From assembly GCF_009914755.1 (NCBI RefSeq), contig NC_060929.1: a stretch of DNA of 64,000 bases; one strand, given 5' to 3'. A model generated the notes under the pieces. That model had not been told where the DNA came from. It saw nothing but the letters and a program-made list of their open reading frames with translations, and made no database searches. The DNA comes from the human T2T-CHM13v2.0 reference genome, Homo sapiens. Both the position numbers and the translations under genes were made by a program. Within the stretch, counting starts at the first letter, position 1. Every line of letters begins with the position of its first letter. Of the stretch, positions 54,241 to 64,000 are shown one piece after another.

Positions 54241-56065
54241 GTTGCACATCAAATATCTAATGTGTAGGTGTCAATGCCCACAAACATTCTTCAAATACAG
54301 CAAAATGTCAAATTGAAATGGCTTGTAATAAGGTGGTTCCCCTAGTGTCCCTGTTCTTATTTACCCCATTTCTGCTGCTGAAAGGAGCATTCTAAATTTG
54401 ACTTTCTAGTGCTTTCAGAATTTTCACTTAATTCAAAACTCTAATTAAAGTTGCAGATATGAAGAATCAATGTTTTTCACAAGATTACATGATGGCAATT
54501 TTGCTACCATTTATCTGGCTCTTGCTCTGTGCTGGGTAATATGTAAAACCTTATAGGAATTTTTTCACATGGTTGTATTTCAGATCCTGCAACAAATGAA
54601 AATGGTTGTTATCAACCGGAAGCCTCCCCTGTAAGCTAAAATATACCATTCAATATAGAGTATAGGTATGTCTCTAGAAAACCTACAAGTTGAGTTTTCC
54701 TGTTGAAATTTTACAAAGAAAAACTGTCCAGGCATTTAGTTTATGTTACTCTTCTCTTCATGGGATTGCACAAAGTGTTGTAAGGCAGTTGTCAACAGTC
54801 TGGTTTCTACTGGCTTTGCCTCGGGGGACTGACCCACTGTGCCAGCCCTTGCTTGGGTTTACACTGGGAAGACCAGGCTCATTGTTTCTCATCTGTGATG
54901 CGTCCCCTCAACCCATAGTTATGTTTTGGCAAAGGAAAAAAAAAGGAGGAAGTGAACATTCACCCCAGGACCATTTGATTCTGTTGATTGCTGACAGGTG
55001 CTATGTTCTGAATAGAATTAGAGACTCTGTACACCTCAGACATACCCAATATCAGGTCAGCTATAATTTGTGCATGATGAGAGGTCACAACGTTTTGGCC
55101 TTGGGAAAAAGGCACATTCCTGACTGTGCGGCAGCAGTTGCTATGTGGTGTCCAGTAAGATCTTCAGTCATAGTGGGCTTTGCAATGTACACCCTAAAAA
55201 TGGAAATGAACCCAACGTCTCCTTACAAACTGTGTGAGTCCTGATGGATGAGCTTCCTGACCCTAGACGAAAGGAATCGGCCCAAATAGAAGGTCAAAGG
55301 AGGATGAAGAAGTATAAATTCCAGTTGCTCTTGGAATCTGTGCGTCTTCTCCAGAACTGAGGCAAGTGAGTTGGAGGGGCACTCCCCGTGTGAGGTGGGG
55401 CTGGCTGGAGGAAAACAATTCAGCATCACATATTGAAAAGCCACTACATGCCTGGCCCCATAATCTCAACAATCTGATGAAGTAGAACCCTTATTTCTGT
55501 CCTATAGAGGAAGAAATGAGGGCTATTCTAGATTTAAAAATTTTCCCAAGGCTATGCTGCTTACTATAAGAGGTAACAGGATGGCAAATATCAGTCACTG
55601 CTGACTATGCACATACCCTGTACCAAGCACCATCATTATCTCTGATGCAACACCACAAGGGAGGCATCACCATACCCACTTTGTAGATGAGAAGCCTGAG
55701 GCTGGGAGAGGTTAAATCACCTACCCAAGTGTACCACCATCCTCCCCTCCCCTCAGCATTGTCACCACCCTTTGGTGACAACTCTTCCCTGCCACACAGT
55801 GTCCCCAGATCTGCTGCTTCCTTCTAGAATAGGAAAAAAAGCCTGATAAACTAATTCACTTGCATACCCTGGAAAAATTGTGACTGCCAAGACCAGCATC
55901 TCCCAGAGGATGTATGGCAGAACAATAACCCTCTGCTTCTATCCAAACAAAGGATCCCTTCATCAAACACATCTAGAAAATTTAGAGTGCATAGGAAAAG
56001 GCTCTGAGAAATCCTGGAATACAGAAGAAACTTTCTTAATCAAGGACAGCCCCTTTAATTTGCAC

Positions 56066-56774
56066 TGTTGAGGCACGGAAAACAGCACCACAAAATACGG
56101 TAAGTTGGCATGCTGAATGCTTTGAAGGAAAGAAAATGGAAAGGTCTCAGAAATAAGCCTCAGAACCTTCCCCCTCACACCTGTTTCTCTTATCCTCTCT
56201 TTTCCCAAGCACCAGAAGGGACTCTGTCCCAAATTTCCTTATCTGGCTAAGGAAGCTTTTTTTTCCAAAATAAATGCAATTGTCTTAAGACTCTGTTCTT
56301 AGGAATCTCATCAAATAACTAGGAAAGATTAACCACAGGAGAAGAGACTGGGAGTTGTCACCACACCCAGACAGACAAACTTTTCATCTATTCTTCTGAA
56401 GGCAGCTACTAAGATTACCAGGGAGGCTCTATCTGTATAAGACAAGCTTTGTTGATAATGAAGGTCCACCTTCCTGCCACCTCCCCCAGAGCCCAGAGCC
56501 CAGAGGAACATGGTCTCAGACCATTTTTCTTTGGGCTCATTCATTTCCATGGAAAATCGGTTACTCCTTCATCACCATCTTCCCTTCCCCTATGAAGAAG
56601 GGTATGAAAGCCTCTGGGCCTCATTGGGTTATTGGGTAATCACTCTACTGTGATTTCCCCTGGACACTTCAAATACATTTTGTATGCCTTTTTCTTGTAC
56701 TAATCTGCCTTTCATCCATTCATTTTCAGTAATCCCTCAGTGGGCAAAGAGGAAGATTTCTCTCTACCCTCACA
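56066..56774 (+). mobile_element. MER34-like ERV1 solo LTR
   Basis: TG...CA ends, imperfect 4-bp TSD GCAC/GCAT, CAAAATACGG...GGCATGCTGA start, CACCACACCCAGACAGAC, and TCAGTGGGCAAAGAGGAAG end. Confidence 0.7.
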
Positions 56775-56897
56775 GCATGAAACACCTGTGTTGTAGGTAT
56801 TTGACTTTGAGCCCCATTTTCATCTGTAAAATTAGTTTATATATGTAAAAGCACTTAGAATAGTGTATGACAGTTAAATTCAGCATAAGCAGTAACC

Positions 56898-57335
56898 GTG
56901 GGACCCTAGTAAATCAATAAGTTAAAAGGAACTGGAAGGAGCCAGGCTGGTAGAACAGGGACTGGACCTAACCCAGGGATCTAACCCCATTTGCAACCCT
57001 TTTGTGTGAAAAACCACAACCAATATCTTGCAACTCCAGAAACAGAAGGCATATGGGTTGCAAAATGGCTAACAACAGCAAAGCATTTCCCTTGGGCACC
57101 TGGAGAGGAAAGGGCTGACAGTTAAAAATTACCCCAACATAGTCTTAGCATATAGCATAGCACAAGCTTACTTGCACACAGCCCTCTCCAGCACGACCTT
57201 ACAAAACTTCCCTCCAGCCCCTGCATCTTTGCAGACAGCCCCTTCTCTGCTGTGCTGCTTGTTGCATCCTTGCAACATTATCTTCATGCTTCCTCTAATA
57301 AGTCTACCTTTCTTTACCTATGACTGTCTTGGTAA
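56898..57335 (+). mobile_element. ERV1-class LTR fragment (subfamily uncertain)
   Basis: AAAACTTCCCTCCAGCCCCTG...GCAGACAGCCCCTTCTCTGCTGTGCTG...CTTTCTTTACCTATGACTGTCTTGGTAAA R/U5-like signature. Confidence 0.55.
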
Positions 57336-58209
57336 AGGAGCCCAAAGAAAAATGGCCTGAGACTGTGATAACCATGATCTTCTTGGCTCTAGGGGAGGTG
57401 GCGGGAAGGTGAACTTTCATTATGAACACCACCAGCCAGCTGTCACGTCCCCGACAGCAACTATTATTATTACTATCATCACCACCTGTAAACAAGGCAC
57501 CACAGAGCCCTTGTGGGGCTGAATTCAAGGATGTGGGGTACGTGTGTGCAGATATTTATTGACAGAGCAACATTTCAGAGTCCCCTTGGCACATGTGAAA
57601 AGTGTGGCTTAGGGGAAAGATATGGATTTTTGATCAGATAGATATGGGCCATGCTCTAGCTCCACTGTTTACCATCAGTGCAACCTTAAAGAGTTATATA
57701 ACCTCTCTATGCTTCCTTATCATAAAATGAGGATAAATAGTACCTTCCTTTTATTTTTTGTGAAGATTAAGGGGCAAATAACTCCACAGTTGTGGATTGT
57801 TATTACCATTAAAAAGCCAGTGGAGAACACCTGTTGAGCATGAGGGTGTAAAGCCTCCCAACCGAATGTTAATTTCCCCAACTGCATCTTAGAAGCTATT
57901 TTGGCAAAGAGTAAAACTCTTCACTTTAAAGTTTATTGGGCCAAAAGCATATTTGAAGCTTAATCTTCTCAATATGATTTAAAAAAGTGGAAGAAACTAT
58001 GATAAAGCAACAGAGAAAGGGATTGACAGGTATGAAAAAACATATGGAGAAGAGTGAGTAAAATCTCTGGAAGAGAATGCAGACCTCTCCCTCCGTTTTG
58101 GATCAGTAAGTCTGTGTAGCCACATCAGATCTCATCCGTTGGAAGACCATAAGCTGCCCTTGGGCATGAGGCAATGAAGGGCAGGGTGTCATCGTGGATG
58201 GGTATGACA

Positions 58210-58268
58210 TAAGAGAAAGAGAAAGTGGAAGAAGAGGGGAAGGAGGAGGAGGAGGAGGAGAGAGAGAC
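58210..58268 (+). repeat. Polypurine (GGA)n/(GA)n tract
   Basis: GAAGAGGGGAAGGAGGAGGAGGAGGAGGAGAGAGAGA. Confidence 0.8.
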
Positions 58269-59129
58269 ACAGGACAACCAATAAAACCTTGCATACACAT
58301 CACAGAACCAAAAGAAAGAGTAGATATTTTGTGTGTGCATATTTGTGTGTTTTTATCTTAAAGACAAATTGTATGCTGTCTAGATCACACAGGTAGGGCA
58401 GCTGTCTAGATATTGAGTATGTTAAGGACTTGGACATCTTAAAACAATACACTTAATCAACTGCCTTTGCTACTTAAAAAAAAACAAATCTCAATTGAAA
58501 ATGGATTGATTGGAAGCATGACAGAATATTTCAGATTAAGCCAATGGAAGGAATCCTATCGTTGCTGCACTGATAATAAAATAATACTTGGAAACCACTT
58601 ACCACCAAAGTGGGTGCTCAATAGATGTTAGTTTCTCTTTGTTTCCCCTTGTTTCATAAAAAAAAGGAAAGAAAAAAAAAACCAAAGCTATACAGGAGGG
58701 AGAAAAAAATGAGGGAAAGGAAGAAAGTCAAAAGGAAAGAAGTTAAAAAAAAGAACGAAGAAAATTTCCCCCAAAAGACTTCAAGCCAACTAAGACACGA
58801 GAGAAGTTTGTCAATTTAAACATTGATGATATTTGTGGACATTGCAAGTTCTCCATACAACATCTTATGAGTGAGAAAAATCCCATAGTATAAGAGGCTT
58901 TTTTTGATTAGATGTAACAGCCAATTCACTACATAATACAAATTAGATATCTTAAAGAGATACTACCACCAATCAGATTTGACATTTTCTCTTATGCTTT
59001 TTTTGTATCTCTAAGGGTTGATTTTAAAGGAGAGAATAACACTTTTGACAATAGTTATGCAATGTACTTTTAAAAACTAACCTGTGAAATCGGGCTGCAA
59101 TCAACTAGTTGACCTTGGTTGGACCATAT

Positions 59130-60538
59130 TGAGAGGTGACAGCGTGCTAGCAGTCCTCACAGCCCTCGCTCGCTCTTGGCGCCTCCTTTGCCTGGGCTCC
59201 CACTTTGGCGGCACTTCAGGAGCCCTTCAGCCCGCCACTGCACTGTGGTAGCCCCTTTCTGGGCTGGCCAAGGCCGGAGCCGGCTCCCTCAGCTTGCGGG
59301 GAGGTGTGGAGGGAGAGGCGCGGGCGGGAACCGGGGCTGCGCGCGGTGCTTGCGGGCCAGCGCGAGTTCCGGGTGGGCGTGGGCTCGGCGGGCCCTGCAC
59401 TCGGAGCTGCCGGCAGGCCCCGCCGGCCCCGGGCGGTGAGGGGCTTAGCACCTGGGCCAGCAGCTGCTGTGATCAATTTCTCGCCGAGCCTTAGCTGCCT
59501 TCCCGCGGGGCAGGGCTCGGGACCTGCAGCCCACCATGCCTGCGCCTCCCCTCCGCCTCCGTGGGCTCCTGTGCGGCCGAGCCTCCCCGACGAGCGGCGT
59601 CCCCTGCTCGACAGCGCCCAGTCCCATCGACCACCCAAGGGCTGAGGAGTGCGGGCTCACGGCGCGGGACTGGCAGGCAGCTCCACCTGCGGCCAGGTGC
59701 CGGATCCACTGAGTGAAGCCAGCTGGGCTCCTGACTCTGGTGGGGACTTGGAGAACCTTTAGGTCTAGCTAAGGGATTGTAAATACACCAATCGGCAGAC
59801 ACTCTGTATCTAGCTCAAGGTTTATAAACACACCAATCAGCACCCTGTGTCTAGCTCAGGGTTTGTGAAGGCATCAATGGACAGTCTGCATCTAGCTACT
59901 CTGGTGGGGACTTGAAGAAACTTTGTGTCAACACTCTGTATCTAGCTAATCTAGTGGGGACATGGAGAACCTTTGTGTCTAGCTCAGGGTTTGTGAATGC
60001 ACCAATCGACCCTCTGTATCTAGCTACTCTGGGGGAACTTGGAGAACCTTTGTGTCCACACTCTGTATCTAGCTAATCTGGTGGGGACATGAAGAACTTT
60101 TGTGTCTAGCTCAGGGATTGTAAATGCACCAATCAACACCCTGTCAAAACGGACCAATCAGCTCTCTGTTAAATGGACTAATCGGCTCTCTGTAAAACGG
60201 ACCAATCAGCAGGATGAGGGTGGGGCCAGATAAGAGACTAAAAGCAGTCTGCCCGAGCCAGCAGTGGCAACCCGCTAGGTCACCTTCCACACTGTGGTAG
60301 CTTTGTTCTTTCCCTCTTTGCAATAAATCTTGCTACTGCTCACTCTTTGGGTCCACACTGCCTTTTTGAGCTGTAACACTCACCACGAAGGTCTGCAGCT
60401 TCACTTCTGAGCCAGCGAGACCATCAGAAGGAACAAACTCCGGACATGCCGCCTTTAAGAACTGGCACACTCACTGCAAGGGTCCGCGGCTTCATTCTTG
60501 AAGTTGGTGAGACCAAGAACCCACCAATTCCGGACACA
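59130..60538 (+). mobile_element. LTR12 (C-type, ERV9) solo LTR, 1409 bp
   Basis: TGAGAGGTGACAGCGTGCT start, CCAATTCCGGACACA end, 4-bp TSD ATAT (59126-59129 and 60539-60542), CpG-rich U3, tandem CCAAT/TATCTAGCT repeats, AATAAA 60322-60327. Confidence 0.95.
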
Positions 60539-62139
60539 ATATGATTCTCTTGAAGTCCAAAGATGTGAATAGGTCGCTTTGTGTACTCAGCCCTCATCCA
60601 GGCCAAGCCAGCCTGGGTTTTGTTTTGTCATGTCCACAAGAACATCATAGGCAAGTAGGTTTTGATTTACAGATACATGTAAATAGATGTGATTTCCTTC
60701 CCAGGAAAAGGGCACAAGGAGCTAACAGTTTAATTTATACACATGAGGCTGTTTTAGAAGCTTGCATTGTAGTAAGGGCTAGTTAAAGTCAGTCTTTCAG
60801 CAGGATGCATTGCTCCCAAATGTTTGCTGGTAGACAGTAAATCTGGGAAAATATCAAGGCCAGCAGGTGACAGGGGAAGACCAGGACAGGAGAATTTTCA
60901 GAGCTGAAACATCTCACTGTAAAGATTTAATAAATTTCACATGCATCCCCTTATTTTTCCATATTTTGTTTTTATTTTTGTTTTAGCTGTTTCCTGTGTT
61001 TCAGGCACTGGTGATCCTTTTGCCTAGAAACACTAACTACTGTATTTTTTTCTGATGTGGTTTTCTGTTGGATAGGATTTCCATAATAAATAAGGTTGAT
61101 TTGGTCTGGTCAGCTTCGTGTCAATTTTCTAGTTTTGTAGGTGGTTCCTTTTAATCATAAACAAAAGCTATAACTTAGCCATTTCCAAAGCTCAACGACA
61201 TTTACAAGGGCCCCAGAGGAATAACTTTCTGGTTAAGGCAACTGTAGTAAGTTTAATAGGATAAACAGGTAGTACCCTTTCAAGCTCTAGGACTCTCCTC
61301 CTCGAGGAGGCCCCTCAGCCAGTTTGATCATAGTGGTAAGGAGGTCAAGGCTGTTTCAGTTCCCATCAGCTGGCTTTGAGCAGAGAAAACTCATTGCATG
61401 GCCACAGGTTGAACCCCAAGTCTAAGGAAATGACTGTGTTGCTCAGAGGAGGTATTAATAAAAAGCATCCTTTGCACTTTTTCCAGCCCTATTCTACACA
61501 TTTGTCCTTTGTTCCTTCACAACCCAAAGAGTCAAAGAATGCTTCTGTCCTTTGTTGGGAAGGCCTCTCCTTTGCAGAGCTTTCTGTTCCCTTTCAATTT
61601 CCTATAGTCCATTAAGACTGTTCCTGTGACCAGAAGGCAATAAAAGAAACACATTTCAAGTAGTAAAACAAGCATCCAGGAAGAAGCTTTCCATCAGTTT
61701 AAAACAGATGAAAAAGCCTGGCCTCTTGTTTCTCAATCTAGATCTGGAACAGACAAGAGAGAAATATTAGAGACACCTGACGCTGGAGGGGTGTGAGGAC
61801 ACATTTCCAGAGCAGCTGCCCTGTACTTTATTTGGACAGTTCTTGCTTCCCACTGTCTCACTTCAGTTTTTTTGTTTTTTGTGTTTTTTTGCTTTTCAAA
61901 TTTTTTTACACTGTCACATTCTCACTCTTTCTGTACTTTTCATTTTGTTCCCCTCTGCTCAAAACTTTTGACTCCCTCTGTCACCTCCCATCCACCCAGC
62001 AAATCCCCAGTTCCTGCTCTATAGTGAGTTCCTCTCGTATGTCATGGCAGTTATAATAATAATAACAGCTATAGGTTATTGAAGGCTTTTCATGAGGTTT
62101 TTATCTCATTTAAATGTTTCAGCAATCTTAGAGGTGGTA

Positions 62140-62530
62140 TGTTAATCAGGACAGGCTAATTGTTATAATAAGTAGTATCAGTATTGCTATGAGACCAAGT
62201 ATTTCTTTTTCTCATGCAGAGTCTGATGTGCATGCTCCTGGCTGGGTAGCTCTCTTGGGCAGATCATCTCCAAGCAGTTGGGCACTCCTTTTATGATGTG
62301 GCTAAATTATCCTGGAGTCTTTTGCAGAGAGGGGAGAGAGTGTGTGGAGGATCACATGGATGTTTTAGGGGCCATCTCTGAGTGACATCTCACCACCTCC
62401 CCCACAGTCTATTGACCCTAAGTCTGATATATGGTCCTTCCTAGTTGCAAGAGAACAAGGAAATGTATTTTTCTCTTGTGTCCAGGATGAAAATGAAACT
62501 ACATGGTGTAGGCAGCATTGCCTCTACCAT
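62140..62530 (-). mobile_element. Old MLT1-type LTR (antisense) inside a MIR
   Basis: GTTAATCAGGACAGGCTA...CATCTCACCACCTCCCCCACAGTCTATTGACC...GGAAATGTATTTTTCTCTTGTGTCCAGGA. Confidence 0.5.
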
Positions 62531-63064
62531 GGTGGGTGGGGTGGGGGCGGGAAGGGCTTTCAACACCTCCAGGTGAGGGAATTCAGGCACAAAGATTCAG
62601 AATCATTAGCTAATATGTGGTGGAACAAGATTCCAACCCTATAAATATGACTCTAGAATTATACTCTTGACATTGTGTCCTGCTTTCTGTCTTTAAATAA
62701 AAATAACTATTCCCTCTTGTGCTCATGGTTTTCCTTTTTTACAAGTCTTTACTCCAGTGCTTATCACACTGTTGCACCTGTTACACCAGACTGTGAAACC
62801 CAAGGGAGAAGAAAAACCCCTTTATATCCATATGAGCAGTATGTGCCTGGGACACAGTGGGGCTCAATAAAAGTTTGATGACTGAAGAATAGCTGTGATC
62901 TGTGTGGTGGTTCATGAAAAGGCAACTTGAGGCACTGCATCGTGATTACATCACTGAACAGCTTTTCTAGATTAAAGTCAGGGGTGTCTAAATTAGTGTA
63001 ACAATCATCTCCATGTAGCTGTTTTCAACCCATCCACAAGATGGAGCCTTTACAAATATAAGTA

Positions 63065-64000
63065 AGAAATGATGTCAACAAGGCGGTAGAATAGAAACAT
63101 TCCACTATCATTCCCCTACAGATAAATCAATTTTGGCAAATATCCACAGTTAAGAGTACCTTTGTTGGAGTCTAGGAGTGCAGCTGAGAAGTTCCAGCAC
63201 ACCACTGAAGCAAAAATCCAAGAATAGGTGCACTGAAGAGTGTGGAAGAACAGTTTCATGTTATCTACCTCACCCCTTTCACAAGGTGGCATAGCTCAGT
63301 GCCAAGAGAGACGTTATTGGCCCATGATTTCTCCCATGAGGAAAAATGAAAGTGTAGTAAGGGGGTACCTGGCTCCCCCAGCCACATCAGATGCTGCCCA
63401 AGAGGCCTGCTTCTTTCTTAACCCACCCGGAATACTGGAGTGATTGGAATAAATGAGTGGTTGGAAGATGCTGGGAGCAGGGAAGAAAGGCTGCCATGGA
63501 CCTTACTAAGTTCTGCCTACTCCATCAGGAAGCAGGCCCACAAACCACTTGAGGAACCTCAGCTATGAACCCCATACCCACTGCCCCATGGGCACTCCAT
63601 ATTTTCTATATGCTTCACCTTCTCACCACAAGACATGAAGAATTACACCACACATAAGAATTACAGACATGAAGCACTGCATCCAGCCAAAAATGATTAT
63701 TTTAAGGAAGCTCAGTGAGCTATAAGATAGACAATTCAGTGAAATCAGAAAAACAATACATGAACAAAATTAGAAGTTCAATAAAGACACAGAAATCATA
63801 AAGTTGGGTATGGTGGCACATTCCTGTAGTCCTAGCTACACAGGAGGCTGAGCACAACAATCTCATGTGGACAGCTGGCTTGACTCTGCAGGATTGGGAG
63901 AAGGTATACAAATTCAAGCAATTCAAGGTGCCATCATAGCAAAAACAAACAGGAGGCACTTAGCACCCACTTCGGCTTTATGGGGTCATGATAAGCCATA
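63065..64000 (+). mobile_element. Old L1 (L1M2/L1MA-like) 5' UTR and ORF1 fragments mixed with Alu fragments
   Basis: GATGTCAACAAGGCGGTAGAATAG...GAGTACCTTTGTTGGAG 5' end; TTTAAGGAAGCTCAGTGAGCTA ORF1 piece; Alu pieces about 63660-63688 (-) and about 63802-63850 (+). Confidence 0.55.

Noticed and set aside
54690-55244. 184-aa ORF in unique sequence
   Set aside because: Non-ATG start, no recognisable motif, no clear exon or promoter context
59176-59802. Overlapping ORFs up to 146 aa
   Set aside because: GC-rich U3 region of LTR12
59740-60215. Repeat-spacer-like array
   Set aside because: Normal LTR12 enhancer repeats; the spacers are themselves repeated and there are no cas genes, so not CRISPR

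Overview
Human (primate) genomic DNA, apparently the PRRC1 locus (5q23.2 from memory). It holds the whole PRRC1 gene on the + strand: a CpG-island promoter at about 7.3-8.15 kb, a non-coding exon 1, and 8 coding exons. Spliced by hand these give 1338 nt = 445 aa plus stop, with a Pro-rich N-half and a YjjX/NTPase_I-T-like C-half, followed by a 3.1-kb 3' UTR. Upstream on the - strand is a full-length processed HNRNPK pseudogene with poly(A) and a 17-bp target-site duplication (TSD). The rest is Alu, L1, L2, MIR, DNA-transposon and solo-LTR sequence (MLT1, LTR10, MER34-like, LTR12). There are no CRISPR, rRNA or tRNA features. The most unusual structure is an L1PA3/4 element in PRRC1 intron 7. 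It is a twin-primed inversion whose inverted arm runs to L1 nucleotide 1 and lacks about 1 kb of the RT core. This points the L1 antisense promoter and ORF0 in the PRRC1 direction. ORF0 is in frame with the element's own ORF2 C-terminal Zn-knuckle, interrupted by one probable CGA>TGA stop, and one ORF0 splice donor is in phase with PRRC1 exon 8. Repeat subfamily names and comparisons to reference sequences are from recall, not from a search. Nothing here shows expression.
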